From Bacteroidota bacterium (GTDB lineage: Bacteria > Bacteroidota > Ignavibacteria > Kapaibacteriales > Kapaibacteriaceae): DNA of 64,000 nucleotides. The notes under the pieces are model-generated. The model saw only the letters and a program-made list of their open reading frames with translations, made no database searches and was not told the DNA's origin. A program made the position numbers and the translations under genes. The DNA lies in NCBI GenBank assembly GCA_041170435.1, contig JBEAYU010000056.1, positions 12,272 to 76,271 of the forward strand, in the 5' to 3' direction. Every line of letters starts with the position of its first letter. The stretch's first letter is position 1. This document shows, piece by piece, positions 41,928-51,784 of this stretch.

Positions 41928-44900
41928 ATGAGCCGCAGACTGCTATTCCTTGTTCTCATGACGGGGCTGGTGAGCATTTCGCTCGCAAAGGCCGCCGGCG
42001 AAAAGGATGGCGATGAGTTGTTGCGCAAGAGCGGTCAACGTACGCCGGTAGCGTCGTACCCACAACCGTTCACGGCCACTGGCCCGAATGCGCGCACGAA
42101 TCCTGCCATCTCCACGGGGTATTACTTCGTGGACTCGGACGACGAAGCCCCAGATTTCTGGCGTCCGGATCCTTCGCAGTTTGTTGACACGCTGACCGAG
42201 CCAGGAACCTGGCGCCGCATCCTCTCAGGTGCGCGACAGCTGCCGACTGCTTACTGGACGGACCCGACACAGAACATCTACGGTGGGTGGGCGTTCTTCC
42301 GCAATCCGGGGGACTCGCGTGACTCAACCGACAATGCATTTGCCGGTCCGATTTCCATCGGCTTCCCGTTCTTCTTCAACGGAGTTCGTCAGGACTCGTT
42401 CTACGTTTCGACGAACGGTCTGATCGCTCTCTCAAACAGGCGGTATTTCTACACGATCGACCAATTCGGTTATCCTGTGGCCCGTCAGACGCTCGAAGTT
42501 CGTCCGGGTGTCTTCTCGGCGTACGACCCGATGTCTGACGATACGCGTTCGCGCTCTGGCGATGGAATGACCGACGCAACTGCCGATAACTGGGGATACA
42601 ACAACGTGGCCTGTGGCGGTAGCCCCACGAACGCTACCGCTGGTATCCGTTCGACCACCAACCGTATGCTTGATGCGAGTAACATCTCCTCCATTTGGGG
42701 ATCTACCCAGCCACAGTTGATCGCCCCATCGTGGGACGACTTGCAGGTCTCGGTGTATAACACGAATGACAATGCAGTCGATGATTTCTCACGCGTGTAT
42801 TACAAGCGTTCTCCCTCGAACGACAAGCTCATCATTTACTACGTGAACCTGACCCCGATCGGAGCGAAGACCGCTCGTTCAGGCGGTGGTCCACAGTACA
42901 ATGTGACCTTTGCCGCTAACAACCGCCCGGGAAGCGGAGAGCACCTGCGTTGGTCACTCCAAGTCACCCTCAACCGCAATGACAGCTCGGTTACGATTCA
43001 GTACGAGCGCTTTGCTGGTCTTGCTCCCCGGACGGCCATCTCTCCGTACTCTGCAACCGTGTGGATGCGTTGTAACTCTACGGTTGGTGTGACGGGTCCA
43101 GCTCGTCGCCTGAGCTGGAACGGTTTCCCGAATGCAATGCCTGCGATTACGACGTTGGACTTCAACGCTCCGAAGTACACGCAGAGCACGGAGTACCTGT
43201 TCAACGTTGACGTCGACCCTTCTGGTGGTGTTCGTGCCATCAGCACACGCAACGATGACAACACGGTTCCAAAGGACTTCTTGGCCATCAGGTTCAAGCA
43301 GTTCCGCAACACGCTCCGCGTTATCAATGTGTCGTACCGCGTGCGACAGCAGAACGCCAACGCCAACCTTGCGTTCTCGGTGGTGGTTCCTCCGGCACAG
43401 GCCAACAACTACGAGCTTCTTGCTGGTGAGGATCGTCTCGGTGCCATTCAGCCGGTTGCAATCGTGCAAAGCTTGACGAACGACATTCAAGGTCCTCAGG
43501 GCGTCAACTACGTTCCACAGGGAACGAACTTCCGTGTGCGTTTCCGCATCGTCAACGAGGCGACTGGAAAGATTGTTTACAACACGTCACGCGCTGTTAC
43601 TGATGCCGCCCTCCGTGACACGAATATCTCTCAGGTGTTCCGTTGCGACATCAATGGCAACAATCAGCCGTACCAGCCTGCTGGCACATTCGTGCTTCCG
43701 TACGAATTCATCAAGGTGATCTTCCCTCCATTTGAGCCGAATCCGTTCATCGATGACCAGATCGGCCGACTCCTGACGACGGTGATTGCCGAGCCGAAGG
43801 ACTCGCTGAATCAGCCTATCGGTGATCAGTGGCCGTTTGACGATACGACCAGCATCCGCATCTTCTCGATGCGCCGTCTGACGTCGTTCTCTGACGATGT
43901 GAATGAGTATCACCTGATTGGTGGCGCCGCAATGCCATCTGTTCTCAAGTGGGTGAACATTGAATCGGAAGTCGTCGACGGAGATGAGGTAACAAACAAC
44001 CCACCGCCTCCGCGTGGTGAGTATGGCGCAGCCAACACCGATATCTACCGCTTGAAGTCACCGGTCATTCGTATGAACCGCGTGAATCTTGCGAACGTTG
44101 ACATTCCGCTGATTGGTCAATACGGTGGCGACGAACTCCGTTCGTTCCCTGTGAACCTGGTTCGCCGCAAACGCGCCGTTCTCTCGATCTCCTATCAGCG
44201 CACAGGTAGGCTTACGAACATTGGTCGTGGCTTCTCTGATAACCGCCTGATCGGGCCTGAGCACCGTGTGAACATGCTCGCGGTCAATGGATTTACGCCT
44301 GGCTTTCGTAACCCTGACCGTCTGATGGTCGAGTTTGCTCGTCCTTCGAATGACGGTATCACCGGCATCACGAACATTCAGAACTGGATTCTCGACTATC
44401 AGGGACGCACGACGCAGTACCTCCAGCCATTCCAAGTGTGGGGTGGTGGTGGATTTGCTCGCGGTTTTGATCTGGCTGACTACAACCTCCAGCTGACGAA
44501 CACGCAGACACCACCGCTTGGTGGTCTCCGTGAAGACCTTTTCGACGACGGTAAGGATGCTGAGTACTACAAGGTCACTATCCCGATCCCTGACACGGTT
44601 CTGCGCTGGGTGAATGAAGGAGCTCGTAACTTCCGCTTCCGTCTGCGTGCGAGTTGCGTGATGAACTCGATCCCACCACTTCCATCCGATGACGAAGACA
44701 ACTTCTACATCGACAATGTGAAGCTCCTCTTCCCAGACGAAGTCACGGACATCGAGTTCAGCAACATCCAGTTGATCTGGCCATATTCGATGGCTCCTGC
44801 TTCGCAGGCTACGCGCGTTCCAATACGTGTGAAGCTTTCGAACAACACGAACATTGCCGCTCCTGCTTTCTCCGTGAAGCTCTGGATCAAGCCAGATGGC

Positions 44901-46652
44901 AACGAATCGCAACAGATCTATTGCCGTCAGATCACCGTTCCAACGTTGGCCGGTAATCGTGAAGTGATCCTACCTTTCCCGGATGCAAACTTCCGGACGA
45001 CGACACCTGGAAACTACAAGATCACAGGACGCATCTACTTCCCGGGTAACGACCTTGATACGCTGAATGACTCAACATTCACGATGTTCCGCATGACGTT
45101 TGGACCTTCGTTCGCGTACGAAAACAATCCAGCGAATCCTGCCAACGATGTTCCGAAAATCCAGTTCTCGGGCATCACAGGCAAGGGTCTGAACCACTCC
45201 GCTTATTCAGCTGGTGCAAATGGTTCATCATGGCAGTCATTGCTTGCTGGCCCAGCGCAGCAGTACACGGCAGGTTCAACCTGGGGGACATTCCCAGCAC
45301 CGCTTTCAGCAGCGCAGATGTATGGAGCCGACGCCGGTAATGCTTCGGGTCAGCTCGCGATGCGCTTTACGCTCTTCTCGCAGGATACACTCGCCGGTTA
45401 CCAAGCCTTTTGGGCGAGCCTGAACCAGGACATCCTTAACATCTCATTCTCGCTGTACCGCGATCAGGGTGGCGTTCCTGACGCCGAGCGTATCGCTAAC
45501 TCGACGATTCTGCGTCGTCGTGGTGAAGACGAAACCGGTGCATTCACCGAGCCGCAGTTCGACAAGTTCGTGACGTATCTGCTGGCTACACCCGTTGTCA
45601 TTCCTCCTGGTGAATACTGGGCGTCTGTTGCTCAGATGGGTACGGAAGGATATGAGCTTGGTGCTTCGGAGACACGTATGGGTATGGTCACGACGCTCTA
45701 CTCTGACGTGCCGGTGTTCGGTATTGGTAACCGTTCGTTGTTGATCGACAAGAACTTCCGTATCCGTAACCGCGCTGGCCAGCTTCTTAATGATAATCGT
45801 TTCGCGTATGAAATGACACGATTCAGCGGTGACTGGGTGCCATTCACGCCAACGATCGGTAACCCTGGATACGCTCACCTCGACGCTATGGGTGGTAGCC
45901 TTGGTTACGCTACGTTTACACGTGGTTCTTGGATTCCGCTTCTGCGTCCGTTCTTCGGTAACCGTTCGTTCTCGAACCCACCGCTATTCATCCCTTGCGA
46001 AAACATCCCAGTTGAGCTGTCGTTCTTTGATGCAAAGGGCCGCTCGGCAGGTGTTGATCTGTTTTGGGAGACAGCATCCGAGAAGGATAATGTTGGATTC
46101 CACGTTGAGCGTCGTGCTGTGAAGGAAGTGACCAACCTCACCACAGGTAAGTCCTCGTTCACGTGTGTTGACAACACATCGGATGCTGAAAATCCATGGA
46201 AGAACATTGGATTTGTCGCCGGTGCAGGTAACTCGAACACAACGCTGAACTACAAGTACTTCGATGCTGATGTCACGTCGGGAGTAACCTATCAGTATCG
46301 CCTGCGTCAAGTTGACGTCAGCGGTGCGATGAACTACTCGAATGTCGTCAACGTCGAGACCGGTTCTGCAGGTGTTGCACTCGACAACAGCTTCCCGAAC
46401 CCATCGAATGGCAAGACCACCTTCACGTTCACGGTTCCACAAAGCTCACGTGTGAAGCTGCAAGTGTTTGACCTCATGGGCAACGTCGTCAAGAACGTTT
46501 ACGACAACGTTGTTGCCGGTCAAACCACAGCATATGCGATTGAGTGGGATGGACGTAGTGAAGACGGTACGGATGTTGCGAGCGGATCGTACATGTACAA
46601 GCTCACCGTCGGTGAGACTGTACTTTCGAAGACGCTCACAATCGTTCGTTAA
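41928..46652 (+). CDS. very large (1574 aa) secreted protein with a T9SS C-terminal sorting domain; function unknown
   Basis: Signal peptide MSRRLLFLVLMTGLVSISLAKA. The last ~90 aa (FPNPSNGKTTFTFTV...YMYKLTVGETVLSKTLTIVR) is a typical Por_Secre_tail. The body is N/T/G-rich with no catalytic motif I can recognise. Confidence 0.8.
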   Translation: MSRRLLFLVLMTGLVSISLAKAAGEKDGDELLRKSGQRTPVASYPQPFTATGPNARTNPAISTGYYFVDSDDEAPDFWRPDPSQFVDTLTEPGTWRRILSGARQLPTAYWTDPTQNIYGGWAFFRNPGDSRDSTDNAFAGPISIGFPFFFNGVRQDSFYVSTNGLIALSNRRYFYTIDQFGYPVARQTLEVRPGVFSAYDPMSDDTRSRSGDGMTDATADNWGYNNVACGGSPTNATAGIRSTTNRMLDASNISSIWGSTQPQLIAPSWDDLQVSVYNTNDNAVDDFSRVYYKRSPSNDKLIIYYVNLTPIGAKTARSGGGPQYNVTFAANNRPGSGEHLRWSLQVTLNRNDSSVTIQYERFAGLAPRTAISPYSATVWMRCNSTVGVTGPARRLSWNGFPNAMPAITTLDFNAPKYTQSTEYLFNVDVDPSGGVRAISTRNDDNTVPKDFLAIRFKQFRNTLRVINVSYRVRQQNANANLAFSVVVPPAQANNYELLAGEDRLGAIQPVAIVQSLTNDIQGPQGVNYVPQGTNFRVRFRIVNEATGKIVYNTSRAVTDAALRDTNISQVFRCDINGNNQPYQPAGTFVLPYEFIKVIFPPFEPNPFIDDQIGRLLTTVIAEPKDSLNQPIGDQWPFDDTTSIRIFSMRRLTSFSDDVNEYHLIGGAAMPSVLKWVNIESEVVDGDEVTNNPPPPRGEYGAANTDIYRLKSPVIRMNRVNLANVDIPLIGQYGGDELRSFPVNLVRRKRAVLSISYQRTGRLTNIGRGFSDNRLIGPEHRVNMLAVNGFTPGFRNPDRLMVEFARPSNDGITGITNIQNWILDYQGRTTQYLQPFQVWGGGGFARGFDLADYNLQLTNTQTPPLGGLREDLFDDGKDAEYYKVTIPIPDTVLRWVNEGARNFRFRLRASCVMNSIPPLPSDDEDNFYIDNVKLLFPDEVTDIEFSNIQLIWPYSMAPASQATRVPIRVKLSNNTNIAAPAFSVKLWIKPDGNESQQIYCRQITVPTLAGNREVILPFPDANFRTTTPGNYKITGRIYFPGNDLDTLNDSTFTMFRMTFGPSFAYENNPANPANDVPKIQFSGITGKGLNHSAYSAGANGSSWQSLLAGPAQQYTAGSTWGTFPAPLSAAQMYGADAGNASGQLAMRFTLFSQDTLAGYQAFWASLNQDILNISFSLYRDQGGVPDAERIANSTILRRRGEDETGAFTEPQFDKFVTYLLATPVVIPPGEYWASVAQMGTEGYELGASETRMGMVTTLYSDVPVFGIGNRSLLIDKNFRIRNRAGQLLNDNRFAYEMTRFSGDWVPFTPTIGNPGYAHLDAMGGSLGYATFTRGSWIPLLRPFFGNRSFSNPPLFIPCENIPVELSFFDAKGRSAGVDLFWETASEKDNVGFHVERRAVKEVTNLTTGKSSFTCVDNTSDAENPWKNIGFVAGAGNSNTTLNYKYFDADVTSGVTYQYRLRQVDVSGAMNYSNVVNVETGSAGVALDNSFPNPSNGKTTFTFTVPQSSRVKLQVFDLMGNVVKNVYDNVVAGQTTAYAIEWDGRSEDGTDVASGSYMYKLTVGETVLSKTLTIVR

Positions 46653-46677
46653 GCTTCTCAAGCACGCAGTCAAGAAA

Positions 46678-46714
46678 GCCCCTGTCGCCGTTGCGACAGG
46701 GGCTTTTCATTTTT
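46678..46714 (+). terminator. rho-independent terminator after the giant T9SS gene
   Basis: GCCCCTGTCGC-cgtt-GCGACAGGGGC perfect 11-bp stem followed by TTTTCATTTTTG. Confidence 0.8.
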
Positions 46715-46732
46715 GACCGATATTCGCGGTAT

Positions 46733-47722
46733 ATGAAAGCAAGTCCAGTATCTGATGACGTCAAGGAAGCGCTACGAAGTCAACGACGAGCACTTGATCT
46801 TCTTGAGGAGCATCTTGACGGCAGTTACCACGTTGCAGTAGAAGCGTTGCTGTCAGCTCAGATGATCATCGCCACAGGTGTGGGGAAGTCCGGCTTCGTG
46901 GCGCAGAAGTTTGCGGCTTCATTGACGAGTCTCGGTGTACCTGCACGGTTCATGCACAGTACAGATGCTCTTCATGGGGACCTCGGTGCAGTCAGTTCTG
47001 GTTCGCTGGTTGTGCTCTTCTCAAAGAGTGGTGAAACGCGCGAACTCGTGCACCTTCTCGATGTTCTGCGTCGCGATCGTGCCAAGATCGTCAGCATCAC
47101 TGCACAACGGGACTGTACGATCGCAAGTCGTGCCGATATCAGTCTTGTGGCTCCGATCGAGCGCGAATACGACCGGATGAATCTCCTGCCCTCGGCCAGC
47201 ACTACGACGGCCTTGGTTTTGGCAGATCTCTTGGTCATGTCCGTTGCTCATCAGATTCCCGATTCGATCGACATCCTTACATCGACCCATCCTCACGGTG
47301 CGATTGGATCGCTTCTGACGCAAACTGTTGCACAGCATATGCATTCCGGTTCGACAGTTCCGGTGGTTGAGCTTGACGCGAGTATAGAAGGGGCGATCCA
47401 CGAACTTGATGCTCAAGCTCTGGGAATCGTCTGCGTGGTAGATCAGCACCGTACGCTCGTTGGAATACTGACCGACGGCGACGTGCGCCGGCTTGTCGAA
47501 CGCGGTGTTGACCTCTCCACCGGCACCATCACATCCGTCATGACAACGCAGCCCACAGTGATTCCGCCAACTGCCTCACTTCATGATGCTCTTCTGGTTA
47601 TGGAATCTCGTCAACGACAGATCGGTGTCCTTCCGGTCGTTGACGGTGACACACTTGTCGGTGTTATCCGGCTTCATGATGTTGTTCGGGCGCAGATTAC
47701 TGCAACGCAGTTACGCAGGTGA
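46733..47722 (+). CDS. kpsF: KpsF/GutQ-family arabinose-5-phosphate isomerase (SIS + tandem CBS)
   Basis: SIS motif IIATGVGKSGFVAQKFAASL and the two-CBS C-terminus. ORF 46691.. starts inside the upstream terminator, so the ATG at 46733 (MKASP...) is preferred. Confidence 0.85.
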   Translation: MKASPVSDDVKEALRSQRRALDLLEEHLDGSYHVAVEALLSAQMIIATGVGKSGFVAQKFAASLTSLGVPARFMHSTDALHGDLGAVSSGSLVVLFSKSGETRELVHLLDVLRRDRAKIVSITAQRDCTIASRADISLVAPIEREYDRMNLLPSASTTTALVLADLLVMSVAHQIPDSIDILTSTHPHGAIGSLLTQTVAQHMHSGSTVPVVELDASIEGAIHELDAQALGIVCVVDQHRTLVGILTDGDVRRLVERGVDLSTGTITSVMTTQPTVIPPTASLHDALLVMESRQRQIGVLPVVDGDTLVGVIRLHDVVRAQITATQLRR

Positions 47723-47755
47723 TCGTGGCACGTCGTTCTGCAGAAGTGATGTGAA

Positions 47756-48778
47756 CTACCTCACTCCTCTTGGGGGCGTCTTCAGGATCGGTGCTTCTTC
47801 GGCAGGCACGCGGCGCTGACGAGGCTTCTGAGGCTTTGCGGCGGGTTTCTTTTTCTTTGCCACTTCACGGCTCTGCAGGCGCTCCTTGCGACGTACGGCA
47901 CGTATTGAATCCCTACGTTGCTGCTCGATGATCGAATCACGTCGGGCGCGCTCCGGATCGGCCGGAGCGGTGACCATTTTCGTGCTCGTGTTCGATGCAA
48001 CGACTTCGGTGCGTGTGATCACCAGTTCGCGCAACACTTCACCGATCTTCCCGTATCGAGGAAGGGGCTTGCCATCTCGAAAAAACTCGATCGCTCCGGC
48101 ATTGAAGATGTTGCTCACGGTGAACTTCTTCATGGCACTCCAGCGGTACTCCGTTTCTGGCATCACGATGAACTTCTGGTACCGCGTCCCATCCATCGTC
48201 ATGGTCAACTCTGCCGTGTCAGTTGCCATGGCCGTCAGGATGAGGCTGTCTTCTTCAACAGTGCTGGATATGTCAACGATCTCAGAAGGCACGCGCGGAT
48301 CGGAGTTGCCATCAGATCGACCAAAGATGAGCCACAGAGCGATCACGACGAGCAGAAAAGATCCTACAAGAACCACGATCCTGCGTCTGTCGGTTGTCAG
48401 GTTTCCCATTGTTATACCCGAGCGCAGAGAGCGCACGGCATCGATGATCGGAGTAAGCGGATCCGCCGGGTCTTGCTTGGCACTGCCGCGTGCCGAGGAA
48501 GTCGATGTTGACGCAGGTTGAGTTGCTGCTGATGCCGGACCATCATCTGAATCCAAGCAGAGGCGTATCAGCCGGTTGATCTCGTTCGGTGGAACAGCGA
48601 GTTCACCGCCAATGGTGCGAATGAACGAGCGAACGTAAATCGCCGGCAAAATGTTGTACTGGCCCTGCTCGATCGCTTGGATGTACGGCTCGCGTATCTT
48701 CGTTCTCTGTGCGAGATCGAAGGTAGAGAGTCCGCAACGGATGCGTTCCTGAGTAAGTCGTTGAGCGAGCTGATCCAT
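47756..48778 (-). CDS. RodZ-like helix-turn-helix membrane protein (HTH_XRE + TM + DUF4115-like C-terminal domain)
   Basis: N-terminal XRE-type HTH (LTQERIRCGLSTFDLAQRTKI), a low-complexity linker, one TM segment (IVVLVGSFLLVVIALWLIF), a beta-rich C-terminal domain and a K/R-rich tail. Confidence 0.6.
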   Translation of the reverse strand: MDQLAQRLTQERIRCGLSTFDLAQRTKIREPYIQAIEQGQYNILPAIYVRSFIRTIGGELAVPPNEINRLIRLCLDSDDGPASAATQPASTSTSSARGSAKQDPADPLTPIIDAVRSLRSGITMGNLTTDRRRIVVLVGSFLLVVIALWLIFGRSDGNSDPRVPSEIVDISSTVEEDSLILTAMATDTAELTMTMDGTRYQKFIVMPETEYRWSAMKKFTVSNIFNAGAIEFFRDGKPLPRYGKIGEVLRELVITRTEVVASNTSTKMVTAPADPERARRDSIIEQQRRDSIRAVRRKERLQSREVAKKKKPAAKPQKPRQRRVPAEEAPILKTPPRGVR

Positions 48779-48865
48779 GGCAGGTGAATGGATCGATGAT
48801 CAAGTGTTCTGCGACACAAATATGATGGAAAACATCGCACACCAATAGCATAAAATTGTGGACAA

Positions 48866-49441
48866 ATGACAATGCCGTACCCCGACCCATGGATCATCCT
48901 GCAGCACGGCGCTTATGTGGCGTTCGCGTTCTCCGTTCTGCTCTTTGGAGCTCTGGCCTTTCGTCAGGTTCTGGACAATCTTGAATTGCGCCGGCGTCGC
49001 TCCGGCGAAGACCTCCTGCTGCTCTACAGTGCTCCGGGCATCCTTCTGTCTGCCCTGGGAGTCATGGCCACCGTGGGCGTGGGAATGATCTGCTACAGCA
49101 TCCAACCACCAACCGTTTTCCGGTACGCTCTGCCTCTGGTAGGGGGCGTGCAGATGACGCAGATCCTGCTTCGTCTTCACTTTCAGCGTACTCGAGTTCG
49201 CACACTCGCCCTTGTGGTGTGTCCGATCGTCCGATCAAGCCCCGTGGTCATCCCCTATGTGGACATGACCGGGGTCGAGCTATCTCGAGAGCTCCTTTGG
49301 ACAACCGTGAGGGTTCTCCATACGCAGGGGGAGCCGGTCGCCTTTCGTATTTTCACGTTCCAGCGCGCACGTCTCGAACAACGACTGCGACTCTCGAGTA
49401 CGGCCACAATCTTGTCGAAAACGTCCGATCACAGCCGATAA
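48866..49441 (+). CDS. hypothetical membrane protein
   Basis: Two to three predicted TM segments. No motif. Weak call. Confidence 0.3.
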   Translation: MTMPYPDPWIILQHGAYVAFAFSVLLFGALAFRQVLDNLELRRRRSGEDLLLLYSAPGILLSALGVMATVGVGMICYSIQPPTVFRYALPLVGGVQMTQILLRLHFQRTRVRTLALVVCPIVRSSPVVIPYVDMTGVELSRELLWTTVRVLHTQGEPVAFRIFTFQRARLEQRLRLSSTATILSKTSDHSR

Positions 49442-49455
49442 TCACCACGCCTACA

Positions 49456-50814
49456 ATGAAGTCATCCATCCGCATTGCTTCCGGACAAGGTTTCTGGGGA
49501 GATCTCCAGAAAGCCCCCTACGAACAGGTAACCAGAGGTCCTATCGACTACCTCGTCATGGATTACCTCGCTGAGGTCACCATGTCGATTCTGCAGAAGC
49601 AGCGAATGAGAAATCCCGAGCTTGGATATGCGAAGGATCTGATCGACGTCTGCGAGCAGATCCTGCCGACGATCGTCGACAAGGGCATCACCTTGATCAC
49701 CAACGGTGGCGGCGTCAATCCGCTGGCTGCCCGCGACAAGATCTTTGAGGTTGCCCGCAAGCTTGGCATCACAGGTCTGAAGGTTGGCGTTGTTCTAGGC
49801 GATGATATCCTTCCCGAGATCACAGCGCTGGTGGATGCCGGTCATGAGCTCAGGCACATGGAGACTGGCGAACCCATCGCCAACGTTAAGGACAAGCTCC
49901 TGAGCGCCAATGTCTACACGGGCGCTTGGCCCGTTGTTGAGGCGCTGCGGCAAGGTGCACAGATCATCATTACAGGTCGTACAACTGATACGGGGCTCAC
50001 CCTCGCCCCGATGATCCACGAGTTTGGATGGGGTGAGACCGACTGGGATCTGCTGGCATCAGGAACCGTTGCCGGACATATCAACGAGTGCGGCGCGCAA
50101 GCCACCGGTGGCAACTTCCTGGGCGACTGGCGGTCGTTGCCAAACATGGCAGACGTTGGGTTCCCCATCATTGAAGCGTATCCGGATGGTTCGTTCGTCG
50201 TGACCAAGCATGACGGAACAGGCGGCAGGGTCAGCCGTGAGACGGTGAGCGAGCAATTGCTGTATGAGATCGGCGACCCGACCGCATACATCACGCCTGA
50301 CTGTATTGCCGACTTCTCGTCGATCCAGCTCGAAGACCTCGGCAACGACCGAGTTCGCGTCTTCGGTATCAAGGGGCGGCCGTATACGCCCACCTACAAG
50401 GTCAGCGCGTCATACCTCGACGGTTATGTGGCATTTGGATCGCTCACGTATTCCGCACCTGATGCCTATGAGAAGGCCACGGTGGCGGACCGCATTTTGA
50501 GGGAGCGTCTTGAGATGCTTGGTGTGACTTTCGACGAGATCCGCACCGAGTACGTTGGCATGAACGCCTGCCACGGCGCCATCGCTCCGCAGATCGAGCC
50601 CAACGAGGTGATGATGCGAATCGGAGTACGTGGGCGGGATCGCAAGGCCGTCGAAGCGTTCTCCAAAGAGATCGCCCCTTTGATCCTTACCGGCCCACCC
50701 AGTGTGACGGGATTCTCCGGCGGCCGGCCCAAGCCGAGTGATGTGGTGGCATATTTCCCGGCCCTGCTCGACAAGAGTGTGGTGAAGATGCACGTCCAGG
50801 TCGATGCGCTGTAG
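49456..50814 (+). CDS. AtuA-family protein (DUF1446, acyclic terpene utilisation-like)
   Basis: ORF 49219..50814 trimmed to its internal Met (MKSSIRIASGQGFWGDL...). IASGQGFWGD is the characteristic AtuA N-terminus. The length (~452 aa) fits the family. Confidence 0.65.
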   Translation: MKSSIRIASGQGFWGDLQKAPYEQVTRGPIDYLVMDYLAEVTMSILQKQRMRNPELGYAKDLIDVCEQILPTIVDKGITLITNGGGVNPLAARDKIFEVARKLGITGLKVGVVLGDDILPEITALVDAGHELRHMETGEPIANVKDKLLSANVYTGAWPVVEALRQGAQIIITGRTTDTGLTLAPMIHEFGWGETDWDLLASGTVAGHINECGAQATGGNFLGDWRSLPNMADVGFPIIEAYPDGSFVVTKHDGTGGRVSRETVSEQLLYEIGDPTAYITPDCIADFSSIQLEDLGNDRVRVFGIKGRPYTPTYKVSASYLDGYVAFGSLTYSAPDAYEKATVADRILRERLEMLGVTFDEIRTEYVGMNACHGAIAPQIEPNEVMMRIGVRGRDRKAVEAFSKEIAPLILTGPPSVTGFSGGRPKPSDVVAYFPALLDKSVVKMHVQVDAL

Positions 50815-51784
50815 AGTCGCGATCGCGATCCTCTTCTTTGCATCGGCTCATGTGGCACATGCGACGTCGGATGACTCGGTGTACCTCTTTCGAGATGAGT
50901 TTACCGACGCCGGGCGTCCGCGATACACATTCACGGGAAGTACCCCACGACGGTACACCGAGATCCAGACAGCTCCGACGCTCGCCATTGGTGCGGCCTA
51001 TACCGGTCTGTTCATTGCGCTACAGGCGCAAATGTCAAACTCATGGTGGCAACGCACCGGATCGTTCAAGATCCAGGAGGACGGAGATTACGCCAAGTAT
51101 GCTGACAAGGCCGGGCATTTCTTCACCGGCTTCACCATGAGCACAATCATGGGGGATGCACTGATGGAATGCGGGTTCAGTTATGAGGCCTCGACGTGGC
51201 TTGGCTCGTTCATGGGGCTTGCCTATATGAGCGTCATCGAGATTCAGGACGGCTACGCTGCTACGTGGGGATTTTCACCGTCGGACCAGATCGCCAATAC
51301 CACCGGAGCGGCATTCTACGCTGCCCGCAATCTTGTACCGGCTCTTCAGAACGTCACCCCACGCTGGAGTTACATGCCGGCGCACCTGACCGGAGAACGG
51401 TCGACCACGGAGCGCCCCCTGACCATCTTTGATGACTACAATAGCACCGTGTTCTGGTTGAACTTCAACGTCGAGAACATGCTGCCAGTGAACTGGGCTG
51501 AGTACTGGCCCGACTGGATGACCATCAGCGTTGGGTACGGTTGCCGCGACTACGAGGTGCGCAGTTCGCTCCCGGACGGACCGATGCTGCCGGTGCGCTC
51601 GCGCGCCATGATCGGTATTGACTACGACTGGCTGAAGATCATTCCTGAGTCACGCATCGGCGTCCTGAACTACATGCGCCAGGCTCTGAACTACATTCGG
51701 CTTCCCGGGCCGACACTCGAGTTCTCTGACTCGGGCGTGCGGTTCGCCGTCTTATTCCCATTCGCCGTCGTGGTGCCTCTGTGA
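50804..51784 (+). CDS. hypothetical secreted aromatic-rich protein
   Basis: Signal peptide MRCRVAIAILFFASAHVAHA. W/Y/F-rich. No recognisable catalytic motif. Confidence 0.45.
   Translation: MRCRVAIAILFFASAHVAHATSDDSVYLFRDEFTDAGRPRYTFTGSTPRRYTEIQTAPTLAIGAAYTGLFIALQAQMSNSWWQRTGSFKIQEDGDYAKYADKAGHFFTGFTMSTIMGDALMECGFSYEASTWLGSFMGLAYMSVIEIQDGYAATWGFSPSDQIANTTGAAFYAARNLVPALQNVTPRWSYMPAHLTGERSTTERPLTIFDDYNSTVFWLNFNVENMLPVNWAEYWPDWMTISVGYGCRDYEVRSSLPDGPMLPVRSRAMIGIDYDWLKIIPESRIGVLNYMRQALNYIRLPGPTLEFSDSGVRFAVLFPFAVVVPL

Noticed and set aside
44058-44912. 284-aa minus-strand ORF inside the 1574-aa T9SS gene
   Set aside because: Antisense to a gene with a clear signal peptide and T9SS tail. No motifs.
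46691-46732. Upstream start for kpsF at 46691
   Set aside because: These codons lie within the intrinsic terminator hairpin of the preceding gene. The ATG at 46733 is more plausible.
47886-48521. Two overlapping + strand ORFs (211 and 197 aa)
   Set aside because: Antisense to the RodZ-like gene. No motifs.
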